This document shows positions 50,201 to 61,666 of a stretch of DNA of 64,000 nt, one piece after another (position 1 is the first letter of the stretch; each line of letters begins with the position of its first letter). The stretch spans positions 3,200,001 through 3,264,000 of the forward strand of contig CBDCJV010000002.1 in the NCBI GenBank assembly GCA_965217895.1, read 5' to 3'. The position numbers and the translations under genes were made by a program. The notes below the pieces were generated by a model. That model did not search any database, was not told the origin of the DNA, and saw only the letters and a list, made by a program, of their open reading frames with translations. The DNA comes from Waterburya sp. Lineage in GTDB: Bacteria > Cyanobacteriota > Cyanobacteriia > Cyanobacteriales > Xenococcaceae.

Positions 50201-51265
50201 ATAGCAGGTCAGGGCTGAGGATTGCTTGCCCCAACTGACAAGGTTTGTGCCTAACTCTAAATACTCAGCAGCACTGACATTTTCATTGTCCAAAGAAATA
50301 GCCTTTAATAAATGTTCGGCAGACTGTTTCTTGTCTCCAAGCTGAGTTTGGGCGCGGGCTAAATCGCGATATGCCTTCGCCATTTTGGGATTTAAGGCGA
50401 TCGCTTTTTGGTAAGATTCAACTGCTGCTGACCATTCTCCTTTTTTAGTATACAGAGTGCCTAAACTGTAGTGATGTTCGGCTTCTTCGGCAAAGGATTT
50501 AGAAGATTGTTGATTAGTTTGTACTAGTGTAAGAACAGCTTGAGGATCAGGTTGAGAAACTTTTATACCAGCAGAACTAGTTAGTTTTAAAATTACCTGA
50601 CAATATTTGGCTGCTTCTGACCATAGCTCTAATTGCTCACAAAGAGCAACGATTTCTCGATACGTATTGACGCGTGGGTCGAGTTTGGCTGCCTGGAAAT
50701 ACTGTTCTAAAGCAGGCTGAAATTTTCCCTGTTGCTTTAATAGTTGCCCCTGACGTAAATATTTATCTAAGGATTGAACTGAATCTATAATACTTGTGGA
50801 AGATTGCTGGCGTTCTAAACTAGAAGACAAAACTTTGGCTGACTTTTTCTCTATTTCATCAGCTTGAGTTAAATAAACTTGGGCTTTTTCAGATTGCTGT
50901 AGCTTTTGATATACCTTTGCTAGCTGTCGGTATACGCCAACCAGTTCAGGTTTAACCTGAATTGCTTTTTGATAATGGACAATAGCTTGTGACCATTGTT
51001 TTTGTTTAGCGTAAAGAGAGCCTAGATTGGCATAGACTTCAGCAAAATTTGGCTCAATAGAGATTGCTTGAAGATAATAGCCCAGAGCTTCTTTGATTTT
51101 GCCTATTTTTTGGAGGGCATCACCCATTAACTTATGAGCGTCCGTTAGTTTTTGATTTAAGACAAGTGCTTCAGCACAGGCTTGGATTGTTAATTGCCAC
51201 TCTTGCTTTTGCCAATAAATCTTCGCTTGATTTAAACAAACTTGAGCCTCATCTATCTGGATCAT
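47300..51265 (-). CDS. TPR-repeat protein fused to GT2 and GT4-like glycosyltransferase domains
   Basis: many TPRs; VSIIIPVYN, FLNNDT, YYEDTD (GT-A); PLRYGAGMKGKIGQS (GT-B). Confidence 0.88.
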   Translation of the reverse strand: MIQIDEAQVCLNQAKIYWQKQEWQLTIQACAEALVLNQKLTDAHKLMGDALQKIGKIKEALGYYLQAISIEPNFAEVYANLGSLYAKQKQWSQAIVHYQKAIQVKPELVGVYRQLAKVYQKLQQSEKAQVYLTQADEIEKKSAKVLSSSLERQQSSTSIIDSVQSLDKYLRQGQLLKQQGKFQPALEQYFQAAKLDPRVNTYREIVALCEQLELWSEAAKYCQVILKLTSSAGIKVSQPDPQAVLTLVQTNQQSSKSFAEEAEHHYSLGTLYTKKGEWSAAVESYQKAIALNPKMAKAYRDLARAQTQLGDKKQSAEHLLKAISLDNENVSAAEYLELGTNLVSWGKQSSALTCYRRAIAKQPDLIAAYLGLGELLVQMGARPEAIACYVEGLKYGQNDPKLYYRLGSLYRLQSQWSQATLCYQRATQYDPNNNAAFHQLGEVLTHQELWSEAIVAYRQAIRLDPDFSWSYNNLGYALIQLSHWSEAIPIYQQAIKLNPQFPWSYYNLAEAHGKLNQWDRAVDFYQQAAKIKPDLPKIQLQLGDALFRRSQQDREVALKHFQLAIKQNPDDPEVYHHALAIDKTNLNFYLKLGDILVQSGEIDRAIVTYQMALQIQPKNGAAMARLQEILLKRPNCNVGQYISNVSTAVKVDEYSQSDLKSLGAELQQILPHSNDPQVSIIIPVYNQLNYTLDCLKAIATNVHKSTAIEIIVVNDCSTDDTRSILEPISAINLVNNQSNQGFIYSCNQGALLAKGKYLYFLNNDTQIKPNCIESLMEVLDQDNQVGAVGSKLIYAQGALQEAGGIIWQDASGWNYGRQDNPNAPEYNYLRPVDYCSAASLMVRTEIFERLQGFEQDFAPAYYEDTDLCFAIRHQLGLKVMYQPQSEVIHYEGISSGTSTAGGTKKYQLVNGVKFQQKWQNVLNSGQYLANTGIANVPLASRKYLGNKTILVIDSYMPCYDKESGSRRLFELLKIFKSLNFHVIFAADNGYKAEPYTSVIENLQIEVLYTQQGYGKTIEQQINERLSLIDVAWICRPELNEKYTSLIKSKQSIKVIYDTIDLHYLRLKRAWELSAQQSPESEKNWQRMQATELRLASQADLTVTVTPTEQEILQAQLEPKKTASIDKVAVVPNIHFPYQGDIPGFHERSGILFIGSYNHPPNVDAVLWLCQKIMPLVWQKQPNIKVTLLGSNVTPEVKALAGDKITVTGYVDDVSLYFLSHKLSVSPLRYGAGMKGKIGQSLEYSLPVVATEIGTEGMNLQPEEHILEANSTEDFAQQILRLYNDVNLWNSLSFNSCQAIAPYIPETVKQSINKLMQELIEY

Positions 51266-51309
51266 TTGCGTTATTAGTAAAAAGAAAAGTCGATTTGCAA
51301 TCTTCAGTC

Positions 51310-51352
51310 GTCAAGCGTTCCCCGCCTTTGCAAGGCGGGGCCTGCGCTTGAC
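51310..51352. repeat. GC-rich hairpin with GTCAA/TTGAC ends (IS200/IS605-end-like)
   Basis: GTCAAGCG-TT-CCCCGCCTT-TGC-AAGGCGGGG-CCTG-CGCTTGAC. Confidence 0.55.
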
Positions 51353-51635
51353 CGCCTTCCGCGGTAAGAATTTTGGAAATATACCTTAACTAATCAACGC
51401 AGCAGATTAACGCTGATTACCCACAGCAAATTTAAATCAAAAATTCATCAGCGGTCAGCCTCCCCATCTTAATTAAGCGAAGTAATATTGCCAAAAGACT
51501 TATCCCAACAGAGAGAGGGAAGTAAACCACTCTTACACTCAAACTAAGAGGGACAAACAAGAAATGGTGAAGATAACACCGCTGAATCTAACATCAAAAC
51601 TTGTTTTTGCCCACTAGTGTAATCAATCTAAATAC

Positions 51636-52730
51636 TTAATTTAGATTTGGTTCTGCGTACACCTGGTCGTAATAATTTTTGTATTCGTCGCTTAACAAAG
51701 GTTGCCACCAATCGCGATTAGCTAAATACCATTCCACAGTACGGCGCAAACCTGCTTCAACGGTTTCTTGAGGAGTCCAGCCTAGTTCCCGTTTAATTTT
51801 GCTGGCATCAATGGCATAACGACGGTCATGTCCTGCACGATCTTTGACAAAGGTAATCAGATTTTTAGCAGGAGTAATGGGCAAATCTGGTGCAAGCTCA
51901 TCCATTAGGCTGCATAGCTGCTCTACCAAATCAATGTTTTTGACTTCGTTATTTCCCCCAACGTTGTAGGTTTCTCCTGGTTGACCTTTGTGAATTACCA
52001 CATCTAAAGCCCGACAGTGATCTTCTACATAAAGCCAGTCGCGAATATTTTGCCCATCACCATACACAGGTAGAGGTTTACCCAAGAGGATATTAATGCA
52101 CATTAAAGGGATCAACTTTTCTGGAAAATGATAAGGACCATAATTATTAGAGCAGTTAGTAATCATCGTCGGCATTCCGTAGGTATGGAAATATGCCCTT
52201 GCCAAATGATCGCTTCCCGCTTTAGAAGCCGAATAGGGACTGTTAGGAGTATAGGGCGTAGTTTCGGTAAAGGCAGGATCATTAGCGTCTAAGCTGCCAT
52301 AAACTTCATCAGTAGAAACATGGAGAAAACGGTCATTCTGTGGTTGCTCTCTTTTGTTCCAGCGTTGGCGAAAAGCTTCTAAGAGGGTAAAAGTTCCCAC
52401 CACGTTGGTTTGCACAAATGCTCCAGGACCAATGATCGAGCGATCTACATGAGATTCGGCTGCCAAGTGCGCCACAGTATCAATATCTTCTGACTCTAAA
52501 AGATGATCGATCAAAGAGCGATCGCATATATTTCCCTGGACAAACCTTAAATCAGAATTGTTTTCTAAACTCGCTAAATTAGCTTGATTCCCCGCATAGG
52601 TTAAGGCATCTAAAACCACGACGCGATCGCCTTGGTAACTGTTGCACCAATGATGGACAAAATTAGAGCCAATAAAACCTGCTCCCCCTGTAATCAATAT
52701 TCTCCGAGGCTTTCTATTATCTTGTTGCAT
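51636..52730 (-). CDS. rfbB: dTDP-glucose 4,6-dehydratase
   Basis: [39 protein letters not shown]. Confidence 0.95.
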   Translation of the reverse strand: MQQDNRKPRRILITGGAGFIGSNFVHHWCNSYQGDRVVVLDALTYAGNQANLASLENNSDLRFVQGNICDRSLIDHLLESEDIDTVAHLAAESHVDRSIIGPGAFVQTNVVGTFTLLEAFRQRWNKREQPQNDRFLHVSTDEVYGSLDANDPAFTETTPYTPNSPYSASKAGSDHLARAYFHTYGMPTMITNCSNNYGPYHFPEKLIPLMCINILLGKPLPVYGDGQNIRDWLYVEDHCRALDVVIHKGQPGETYNVGGNNEVKNIDLVEQLCSLMDELAPDLPITPAKNLITFVKDRAGHDRRYAIDASKIKRELGWTPQETVEAGLRRTVEWYLANRDWWQPLLSDEYKNYYDQVYAEPNLN

Positions 52731-52910
52731 AAGTTGTTGATTTTGTGTGTGAAATCCCTAGGTAGAAAATACCGTATTGTAGCAAAGGTCGTCACTAATC
52801 AACTTGATTTTCGCGAATTGAATCAATTTTACGGTAGCAAAAGCGATCGCTTTTGTTCGACTGTGATATGCAAGGTAATATAGGAATGAAATTTATTGAA
52901 AACAATCTTA

Positions 52911-52973
52911 TAGAGTGGGCAAAACTGTTTTTCAGTAATGTATTGAGTTAAAACCGAAGTTTGCCCACCCTAC
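52911..52973. repeat. REP-like inverted repeat
   Basis: TAGAGTGGGCAAA...TTTGCCCACCCTAC. Confidence 0.7.
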
Positions 52974-52983
52974 TTTCTATTTC

Positions 52984-54465
52984 TTATTCACATTGATAAC
53001 GAATAGAATCATAGATATTAAGGTATTGCGCTCCAGCATTCTTCCAAGAATAGTCGCATTCCATGCCCTGCTGGACTAACTGCTCAAATTCTTTGGGATA
53101 ATCGTAATACAGGCCGATCGCTCTTTCCATAGCTGATTCTAGTGCATGGTTGTCCATCTGATAAAAGACATAGCCATTGCGTTTTTCTGGAGCATGATCT
53201 GAATCGTGATCGCGGTCAAAAACAGTACTCAGTAAACCTCCAACACCCCGCACAATTGGCACAGTGCCATATTTAAGACTGATTAATTGCGTTAATCCAC
53301 AGGGTTCAAAGTTACTAGGAACAACCATCATATTTGCCCCTGCATAAATTAAGTGAGACAATTCTTCATTAAAACCAATTTCTAGATGTACGTCAGGATT
53401 GTCATTGAGGAAATATTTCTCATGGAGGAAGCGATTGTTTACCTCTGCTGAAGTTCCCGAACCAAGTAAGATAAACTGAGCATTATGCTGTAGGGCATAG
53501 TAAATGGCATGATGTACCAAATGTACGCCTTTTTGATCGTCTAAGCGACCAATATAAGCAATTACAGGCTTATCGCCATCTTGTAAAAATAGTCGCTCTC
53601 TCAAGGCTTTGGTATTTTTAGCTTTATCTGCCAAGCTATCTACATCGTATTGGCAGGGAATAAGCTCATCTAACTTAGGATTCCATAGCTTATAATCTAT
53701 TCCGTTCAAGATGCCACTAAATTTACTTTGATGAATTTCCAGAGTATGACCTAAGCCATAGCCCACATCCGTAAAGCGTGCTTCCCAAGCATGGTGGGGA
53801 GAAACGGTGTTTATATAATTGGAATACACAATCCCGCCTTTCATTAAGTTTAAGGCAAAGGGATTAAAATTATCTCTTAGGCGATCGTAGTGGAAATAGT
53901 GATCTGGTCTATTTAAACCTGTGGCTTCTAAGATTTCGTTGCCACAATTGCCCTGATGTCTAAAGTTGTGGATGGTGTAACAAACTCTTTGGCGTTCCAT
54001 CCCGTGATACTGATACATTTCATATAGCATTACGGGGATCAATCCAGTTTGCCAATCATGACAATGAATAATATCAGGACGTTTATTGCTCTTGAGCAAA
54101 AATTCCATAGCTGCTTTACTAAAGAAAGCAAAGCGCATGGGATCATCTTCGCCACCGTAGACATAACCGCGATTAAAAAATTGATCTTGACTTTTGGGTT
54201 GGATGAAAAAACATAATCTGCCATGTACCCAACCACAAAAGACATCACATTTGATTTCGCCATCATACCAAGGCACGCCTAAATCTTTGTACGCTTCATG
54301 TAAACCCCAAATATGGTCGTATCTCATGCAGTCATACATCGGTAGAATTAGCTCGACGCAGTTACCGCGATTTTCTAATTCTCTACTTAGCCCATAAACG
54401 ACATCTCCTAAACCGCCAGCTTTGATTACAGGAGCGCATTCGGAGGCAATCTGCACGACGTACAT
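52984..54465 (-). CDS. glgA: glycogen synthase
   Basis: KAGGLGDV, HCHDWQT, FEPCGLTQL. Confidence 0.95.
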   Translation of the reverse strand: MYVVQIASECAPVIKAGGLGDVVYGLSRELENRGNCVELILPMYDCMRYDHIWGLHEAYKDLGVPWYDGEIKCDVFCGWVHGRLCFFIQPKSQDQFFNRGYVYGGEDDPMRFAFFSKAAMEFLLKSNKRPDIIHCHDWQTGLIPVMLYEMYQYHGMERQRVCYTIHNFRHQGNCGNEILEATGLNRPDHYFHYDRLRDNFNPFALNLMKGGIVYSNYINTVSPHHAWEARFTDVGYGLGHTLEIHQSKFSGILNGIDYKLWNPKLDELIPCQYDVDSLADKAKNTKALRERLFLQDGDKPVIAYIGRLDDQKGVHLVHHAIYYALQHNAQFILLGSGTSAEVNNRFLHEKYFLNDNPDVHLEIGFNEELSHLIYAGANMMVVPSNFEPCGLTQLISLKYGTVPIVRGVGGLLSTVFDRDHDSDHAPEKRNGYVFYQMDNHALESAMERAIGLYYDYPKEFEQLVQQGMECDYSWKNAGAQYLNIYDSIRYQCE

Positions 54466-54622
54466 ACTTTAGTCCTCTCTTAATAAAACTTTATAATTAT
54501 CTATTTTTATTAAGATTCTAGACCACAAATTCAATTTACGTGGATTTAAGCGAAAAAAAGTACAAGAATGTTATCCAAACTAGCCTAAAAATGAAAGAAA
54601 AACTCAATAAGCAAACCTGCAG

Positions 54623-55627
54623 TTAATTAAGATCGATTACCTTACCACGAAAAACAACATAGTTATAGATATTGTAAGCCAACATAATTGGGATCAAAAA
54701 ACCGACAAAAATAATCATAAATACTAACGAACTAGGACTGGCAGCAGCCTGGTAGATTGTAATTTGGGTAGGAATAATATAGGGGAAGACAACTAATCCT
54801 AATCCGAGGAATGAGATAAAGAACAGCAATAGAGTCCAAACAAAAGGCAATCTTTCCTGTTCTGAATAAAGACTTTTCAAGAGTAAAAAGATTAATAATG
54901 CTCCTAACAAGGGAATTAGAGCAAAAATATAAACTAATGGTGCTTCAAAAAGCTTGGTTCTAACATTTTCAGAAAAAATGGGGGTAGTGATAGTTAAATA
55001 TACTGCACCGACAAAAGTAGTTACCGCTGAAATTCTGGCAGTCCAGTAATGGGTGGTTTGTAGTTCACCTTCAGTTTTTAAGATTAAATAGGTTGAGCCT
55101 ATTAACACATAACCTTGTATTAGAGTTAAAGCTACTAAAAGCGATCGCAAACTCAACCAGTCCCAAGTCCCGCCAATAAAATGACCAGCACTATCTACGG
55201 CAATACCCTGTAAAATTGCTCCCAAGGCAAATCCCTGACCGATCGCAGCCAAAAAACTACCGCCACCAAAAGCTATATTCCAGAGAAACTTTGTTTCGGA
55301 GTGTTCGCGAAATTCAAACGCCACCGCGCGAAAAATCAAGCCAAAAATCATGATCATAATGGGAATATACAAAGCTTGAAGAATTGTGCCATAAGCTAAG
55401 GGAAACGCCCCAAATAAAGCCCCTCCCATCAAAACTAACCAAGTTTCGTTAGCATCCCAAATATTGCCCAAGCTAGTCATTAATATGCCTCGACGTTCTT
55501 CGTTAGATGCAGTTATAGAAAGTATTCCTACCCCAAGATCGAAACCATCAAGCATCACGTAGAGAAATAAGAATAATGCCAGAATAGCAAACCATACCTG
55601 GGGCAGGAAATATTTGAGAGGATCCAT
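54623..55627 (-). CDS. cydB: cytochrome bd ubiquinol oxidase subunit II
   Basis: LDGFDLGVG, WDANETWLV, FRAVAFEFR. Confidence 0.92.
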   Translation of the reverse strand: MDPLKYFLPQVWFAILALFLFLYVMLDGFDLGVGILSITASNEERRGILMTSLGNIWDANETWLVLMGGALFGAFPLAYGTILQALYIPIMIMIFGLIFRAVAFEFREHSETKFLWNIAFGGGSFLAAIGQGFALGAILQGIAVDSAGHFIGGTWDWLSLRSLLVALTLIQGYVLIGSTYLILKTEGELQTTHYWTARISAVTTFVGAVYLTITTPIFSENVRTKLFEAPLVYIFALIPLLGALLIFLLLKSLYSEQERLPFVWTLLLFFISFLGLGLVVFPYIIPTQITIYQAAASPSSLVFMIIFVGFLIPIMLAYNIYNYVVFRGKVIDLN

Positions 55628-55812
55628 TGTCTTTAAAATATAGGGTTATCAGTTTAAGAATCTTTAATAAACATATCTAATTTTGCTGTCTAGGGTAAAA
55701 GAGGGATGAGGTGCTTCACTAAAGCCGATTAATTCTTTTTTATTTGCTGGCGAAAAACGGCTATCCTGGTAATTTTCTTAACAAGAATAATTGTAATATT
55801 TTGGACAGTAGT

Positions 55813-56307
55813 GTGATTAAAGTTAGATTTGCTATTCCTGATGAAGCATCCCTAATTTATAAATTTATTCAAACAAAAGCCGAGTTTGATCGCGGTATTG
55901 GGGCTTATTCAGGAGTAATTGAAACTTCTGACGACAAGATACGCAAAACAATTTTTCGCAATAATCCCTTTGCTTATGTTCTGTTTGCCGAAATTGAGCA
56001 AAATACAATTGGATTTGCGCTATATGGATTTAGATATTCTTCTTTTACAGGACAACCTAGTATTTGGTTAGACGATTTGTATGTCGAGCAAAACATGAGA
56101 AGCAAGGGTGCAGGAAGTTTATTAATGAGCGAACTACAGCAAATTGCTCATAAAAACAATTGTACTCATTTAGCCTGGACGGCGGATAATAGAAATATTC
56201 GCGGACTAAAGTTTTATCATGGTTTAGGTGTAAAAATTATCGAACAACAGGGCGATCGCTGTTTTTTCCAATGGAGTTTGCCAAGACAAAACTCTGCATC
56301 CAAATGA
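55813..56307 (+). CDS. GNAT family N-acetyltransferase
   Basis: IWLDDLYV...RSKGAG, NIRGLKFY; GTG 55813 is the likely start. Confidence 0.85.
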   Translation: MIKVRFAIPDEASLIYKFIQTKAEFDRGIGAYSGVIETSDDKIRKTIFRNNPFAYVLFAEIEQNTIGFALYGFRYSSFTGQPSIWLDDLYVEQNMRSKGAGSLLMSELQQIAHKNNCTHLAWTADNRNIRGLKFYHGLGVKIIEQQGDRCFFQWSLPRQNSASK

Positions 56308-56480
56308 GAAAGCGCACCGCCTACACTAAGGTTTGGCGACTCGTAAAGACGGAGCAAGTTGTTGAGGCTTTTGTTATCCGAAAGCTAATTCCCAATCTTT
56401 GGCAGAGCGCAGCCGTCGCTTAGGATAACTATAGTATTTACAAAGCGAAGTAGGCCTTTTTATCTCTTACCTCTTACTTC

Positions 56481-59400
56481 TTAACCTGTATTTCGCATTC
56501 CCGCAGCAATGCCGTTAATAGTTAACATAGCTCCCCGCAATAGTTCTTCTTTACTAAAGCGGAAGTGAAGTGCCTGAGACTTATCATGCTGACGTAAACG
56601 CTTGATTAAAGCCACCTGCAAAAAGCCCAAGGGAATAATAGTACCGTTACGCAACTGAACCGATCTTTGTAGTTCAGGATCGCCGTCTAGCAGTTTCATT
56701 TGACCATTAATTTTAAGAATTAAATCTCTGGTTAAATAATATTCCTGAGCAATTTGCGTAAATAGCTTGTGAAAACGCTCTAAATCTTCTGGCTGAGATA
56801 GTTCATTGACATAATGTTCGGCTATTTGCAGATCGACTTTGGCTAAGGTCATTTCAACTTTGGAAATCAGTACTCTAAAAAAGGGCCATTTGACATAGAA
56901 GTATTTGAGCAGATCGAGATTTTTTTCTGGCTCTTGGTCTAAAAATCCTTGTAAAGCCGAACCAACTCCATACCAAGCAGGTAATAAAAATCGGCTTTGA
57001 GTCCAGCTAAATACCCAGGGAATAGCCCGAAGACTACTCATATCTTTTTTCTTATTTGGATCATTTCCCTTGCCAGGACGTTTAGAGGGACGAGAGCCAA
57101 TCTGTAGCTGGCTAATTACGTCTACTGGGGTAACAGAATGAAAGAAATCAACAAAATCTGGATTCTCGTAAATTAAAGCTTTGTATACAGTACGCGATCG
57201 CGCGGATAGTTCTTCCATGATTTGATTCCAAGGCTCAACGCGATCAAATCCACTCCCTAGTAAACTTGATTGGATCACCGCCGTAGTCATAGTTTCTAAA
57301 TGATACAGAGCCAATTCAGGCAATGAATATTTGGATGCTAATACCTCTCCCTGTTCGGTAATTTTAATTCTGCCCTTAATAGTATCCGTTGGCTGCGCCA
57401 AAATCGCCGAATAAGCAGGGCCTCCACCACGACCAACTGAGCCTCCACGACCATGAAAAATCCGCAGCGAAATACCAAATTCGGAGGCAACTTGCTGTAA
57501 TGCTCGTTGCGCCTTATGAATCTCCCAATTACTGCTTAAGAAGCCTGAATCCTTATTGCTGTCAGAGTACCCTAACATCACTTCCTGGAGATCGTTGGGC
57601 TTTAGGGTGACTTGTTGCAAATTATTTTTATCTTTAGCTGCCGATACGCAACTGTATCCACCAGAAAGAGCAGCACGATAGAAAGGTAGCCTAAATAACT
57701 CCTCCATTACCTCAGGCGCGCGTTTAAGATCTTCTACCGTCTCAAAAAGAGGCACAATTCTGACGCTTGTATTACAGGTAACAGGATCGTATAGTCCTGC
57801 TTCTTGAGAGAGCAACAGTACTTCTAAAACATCACTCACAAAATTAGTCATGCTAATAATGTATGTCTGACATATACCCTGCCCAAATTCCTGCTGGAGC
57901 AAACGTAACATTCTAAAGGTTTCAATGGTTTCACAAGCAGTTTCAGAAAATGGCATTTCCGCAGGAATTAATGGTCTGCGGGTTTTTAATTCCTGAATTA
58001 GCCAGGCAGTTTTATCTGCCTCAGACAGGTCTTCGTAGGGTCTGGGAAGAACCTGTAAATAGGCAGTTATTTCGGCGATCGCTTCTGAATGCCGAGATGA
58101 ATCTTGACGAAAATCTAGCTCTACCAAAGTAAAGCCATATACTTCTGCTTGGCAAATCAAATTATCTAGCTCACGACACTGTAAACTAGTTGCAGCCAGG
58201 CTACTCTGCATCAATTTTAGCTCGGCGACAAATTCTGCTCCCGAAGCGTAAATATTATCGGTATTAATTTCTGAGATTGCCTGTCTACCCGCCACAGAGG
58301 ACAAGGCTTGATTCCGCTCCCAGGTGTTTTTAAGCCTTTGAGCAATATATGCCAGCTTTAGACGATAGGGTTCTTGACGATAACGAATTGCTAATTCTTC
58401 ATAGATTCCAGACATTTGCTGATGATCTTGTTCTAAAGAGTCCAAAAGCTCTTGTCTAACATCGCTCCAGTGCAGAGAAAGACTTAGTAGCTCTCGCAGT
58501 TGCTCGATAGACTTAAGATATTTCTCAATGACGATACTTCTTTGGTAACAGGCAGTTTCCCAGGTTACTTGCGGGGTAACAAAAGGGTTGCCATCGCGGT
58601 CTGAACCTACCCAAGAGCCGAAATAGCAAAAGTTATGAGTGGGAGCAACTAAACCAGGAAAAGAGTCTGCTAAAGACTGTTTGAGGCGAGTTGCCAATTG
58701 AGGTATCACGTCAAACAAGACTTCTTGAAAATAGTGCAGCGAGTAATCTACTTCGTCTAATACTTTGGGCTTAAACTGATGTAGCTCGTCTGTACGCCAC
58801 CAAAGGCGAATTTCTTCTGTCAACTGACCTGTAGCTTCGTTAGCCTCCCAAGAGTCAGCTAGTCCAACTTCCCGCATTACTTCTTCGGCAGCATCCAACT
58901 GCTCTAAAAGGTGAGATATACGTCGTTGCTTTTTGCGAATGGTATGGCGCACAATTTCGGTAGGGTGAGCCGTAAACACCAGACGAATATCTAGCTGATC
59001 TAATAACCTCTGTAGCATTAGAGGTGGCATATTAATCTCTTTAAGATAAGGGAAAAGCCAGTGAAATAAACCTGCTTGGTTACTGCTAGATATAGTCGGT
59101 TCAACCCAGTTGCCTTCAAGCTGCTCTATTTGAGGTTGAGTTATGGCTGTAGCCGTCTTGTCGGCTTTAGAACCATTACCATTGTGGTTAGATGAGGATA
59201 GTTTATGGGTAGCACGACGAGCCTGTTTTTGTTCTCTAGATTCATAGTGTTGTTCAACTATATTAGTCAACTGAAAATAAAGGGCAAATGCTCTAGCTGC
59301 ACCAATAGCGTCATTTAAACTTAGCTTCTCGATTAACTGTGGCACTGTCGATTGGGGAAATGTCTCTGTTACTTGCCCTTCGGCAGAAGAAAGCGATCGC

Positions 59401-59564
59401 ATTTTTTGCAGCAGATCGAGCATTTCCTGACCACATTCAGAACGCAGTACAGACTTCCAAAGATCCTCAATTAACTTTTGTCGATGATGCAACAGCAGAT
59501 AAGAAGCAGCAAGTACCCTTTCTTTTTCTTGGTTGGCTATGGAAGATTGAACAACCGAACTCAT
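56481..59564 (-). CDS. ppc: phosphoenolpyruvate carboxylase
   Basis: [49 protein letters not shown]. Confidence 0.97.
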   Translation of the reverse strand: MSSVVQSSIANQEKERVLAASYLLLHHRQKLIEDLWKSVLRSECGQEMLDLLQKMRSLSSAEGQVTETFPQSTVPQLIEKLSLNDAIGAARAFALYFQLTNIVEQHYESREQKQARRATHKLSSSNHNGNGSKADKTATAITQPQIEQLEGNWVEPTISSSNQAGLFHWLFPYLKEINMPPLMLQRLLDQLDIRLVFTAHPTEIVRHTIRKKQRRISHLLEQLDAAEEVMREVGLADSWEANEATGQLTEEIRLWWRTDELHQFKPKVLDEVDYSLHYFQEVLFDVIPQLATRLKQSLADSFPGLVAPTHNFCYFGSWVGSDRDGNPFVTPQVTWETACYQRSIVIEKYLKSIEQLRELLSLSLHWSDVRQELLDSLEQDHQQMSGIYEELAIRYRQEPYRLKLAYIAQRLKNTWERNQALSSVAGRQAISEINTDNIYASGAEFVAELKLMQSSLAATSLQCRELDNLICQAEVYGFTLVELDFRQDSSRHSEAIAEITAYLQVLPRPYEDLSEADKTAWLIQELKTRRPLIPAEMPFSETACETIETFRMLRLLQQEFGQGICQTYIISMTNFVSDVLEVLLLSQEAGLYDPVTCNTSVRIVPLFETVEDLKRAPEVMEELFRLPFYRAALSGGYSCVSAAKDKNNLQQVTLKPNDLQEVMLGYSDSNKDSGFLSSNWEIHKAQRALQQVASEFGISLRIFHGRGGSVGRGGGPAYSAILAQPTDTIKGRIKITEQGEVLASKYSLPELALYHLETMTTAVIQSSLLGSGFDRVEPWNQIMEELSARSRTVYKALIYENPDFVDFFHSVTPVDVISQLQIGSRPSKRPGKGNDPNKKKDMSSLRAIPWVFSWTQSRFLLPAWYGVGSALQGFLDQEPEKNLDLLKYFYVKWPFFRVLISKVEMTLAKVDLQIAEHYVNELSQPEDLERFHKLFTQIAQEYYLTRDLILKINGQMKLLDGDPELQRSVQLRNGTIIPLGFLQVALIKRLRQHDKSQALHFRFSKEELLRGAMLTINGIAAGMRNTG

Positions 59565-59836
59565 AAAGACCTCTGCTTGGCGTATGTATGTCGTGAATTT
59601 GGTAACAATTGTAATTGTTCAAGATTTAGCGTTCCAAAATGGCTATATTTGTCATCACCGTGGCAATAGCTCTATTCTTTGGTTAAACAAAATCTTGAAT
59701 CTTGATTGAAAAAAAATTTGACTGACAATATCTCAGATTATTATATTGAGGCGGTAGTCCTGGCAAGTATACCACCGCAATCAAGCTTAAATATAACTTC
59801 TAGCTTACACTACTTTATAATCAAAACTGAGTTTAT

Positions 59837-60028
59837 CTATTTATTGTCAAAGTTAGGGAAATTTAACAGAGGCAAACGTTCTGAGCGAAATATTTCTTCA
59901 CTAGCTTTGCCCAATTCGGTCATAAATTCAGTTAATAGATACAAAGTCAAAATACTGAAAATAAAAGGGCTAGTGGCGATACTTAATCCCAGAAAAGACA
60001 GTAGGCAAGATGTATTGTTAGACTTCAT
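59837..60028 (-). CDS. small conserved cyanobacterial membrane protein
   Basis: TM helix followed by LGKASEEIFRSERLPLL. Confidence 0.6.
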   Translation of the reverse strand: MKSNNTSCLLSFLGLSIATSPFIFSILTLYLLTEFMTELGKASEEIFRSERLPLLNFPNFDNK

Positions 60029-60167
60029 CAGTTTAGTTTGTATGTATTCTTTACTTACTATTGTATGAATTTTAAGCTTTTCTAGAACAAAGTTAAACTA
60101 TTTTTTCTTTGACCTAATATCTACCAGACAAATTTACGACTTCTTAGCCAATACTTGGCATAATTCA

Positions 60168-60962
60168 ATGAAACAGACAATAATTCAGGTAGATGCTTTT
60201 ACCGATCGGATTTTTCAAGGAAATCCTGCTGCTGTGTGCGTGCTTGAATCCGAGCGAGATGAGCAGTGGATGCAGTTAGTAGCTCAAGAAATGAATCTAT
60301 CAGAAACAGCCTTTTTGCTTAGACAAGATCGGCACTACATATTGCGCTGGTTTACCCCCACCACAGAAGTTCCTTTATGTGGTCACGCAACTCTTGCTTG
60401 CGCCCACGTGCTTTGGACAGAAGGTTATGCTTCTACAGGACAAGCGATCGGTTTTCAGACCAAAAGTGGCTTGTTGACAGCCAAATATCAGGAAAATTGG
60501 ATTGAATTAAATTTTCCAGCTAATCGATCGCAAGATATTCCCCCCATTACTAAGCTACAAGATGCTTTGGGAGTAGGGATTAAAACCTTTGCTTATAATT
60601 CTTTAGGATATCTGGTAGAAATTCAGTCTTCTAAGCAGCTAGAACAGCTAAAACCTAATTTTGCCCTCTTAAAACAATTGCCGATATCTAACGTTATTGT
60701 CACAAGTTTGGCAGCCGAAAACTCAGAATACGACTTTGTTTCTCGATTTTTTGCCCCTGGACTAGGCATAGATGAAGATCCTGTAACTGGTGCTGCTCAT
60801 TGTTGCCTTGCTCCTTATTGGCGCGATCGCCTGCAAAAGGATGACTTTTTGGCTTATCAAGCCTCAAGTCGTGGCGGAGTAGTTAAAGTTCACTATGACG
60901 GAGGCGATCGCGTTTTTCTCCAGGGACAAGCAGTAACCGTAATGCGGGGAGAGTTTCAGTAA
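60168..60962 (+). CDS. PhzF family isomerase
   Basis: VDAFT, GNPAAV, MNLSETAF, LCGHATLA, EDPVTG. Confidence 0.92.
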   Translation: MKQTIIQVDAFTDRIFQGNPAAVCVLESERDEQWMQLVAQEMNLSETAFLLRQDRHYILRWFTPTTEVPLCGHATLACAHVLWTEGYASTGQAIGFQTKSGLLTAKYQENWIELNFPANRSQDIPPITKLQDALGVGIKTFAYNSLGYLVEIQSSKQLEQLKPNFALLKQLPISNVIVTSLAAENSEYDFVSRFFAPGLGIDEDPVTGAAHCCLAPYWRDRLQKDDFLAYQASSRGGVVKVHYDGGDRVFLQGQAVTVMRGEFQ

Positions 60963-61065
60963 GCAGTAATTCAAGAAGTGCGCGATCGCTCTAATGTTCG
61001 TTTAAACAATGTATAGAATTTAATATATACAACAATTAAATTCAAAATTAATTACTTGAATTATA

Positions 61066-61401
61066 GTCTTCTTATGAAGCGTCTTAAAATTGGTCGAAAA
61101 TACTCCCATTTGCACCGATTTAGTGACTCGTCCCAGCTTGGTTGAGTCTGGCGCGCAGGTAATTGATCAACTTTTTATTTCAAAAGGCAGTATTGCGACC
61201 GCTGGTGAGCGTTTATCATCTCAATATCTTGCTGCTTGGATCATTCATCGGCGTTTAGGGCGAGAATCTGTTGTAGAAGCTTTAAGCTACGTTACTCCTA
61301 TTGGCGAAAAGCAAAGTTTGATTGAGCGTGTATTTGGAGCAATTGAAACGGATGCCAAAAGTGTTCCTACCTCAAGGCATGACAAGCTGACAGCCTTATA
61401 A
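61066..61401 (+). pseudogene. 5'-truncated DJ-1/PfpI family gene
   Basis: CTDLVTRP...IATAGERLSSQYLAAWII...ALSYVTPIGEK resembles the C-terminal half of DJ-1/PfpI proteins (ATAGGCLASQYLAAW); N-terminal half absent. Confidence 0.6.
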
Positions 61402-61666
61402 TAAGTAGTGTATGCTGCTCAGTTATCGGTGAGGGCGCAGTCATAAAGTTAACTGTTGTTCTCAGCATCGAAGTACTGTGAGGCTATGAGTGAAATGGTG
61501 CTTTGTTTTTTTGATAGGACAATTCGGTATCGAATCAGCTTTAAACTATGAGGTGCATGAAGATTCGTAACACTCCAAAGTTAAAGTGTCACTAGCAAGA
61601 ATAATATTTAGGAATAGGCATTCTATTGGTAAAAACTATCCTGAAAAATAATGGAAGGTTGGAGTA

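Noticed and set aside
56308..56425. GC-richer stretch between the GNAT gene and ppc as an ncRNA or riboswitch
   Set aside because: It lies between convergent genes and I could not match it to a known RNA motif or a convincing fold
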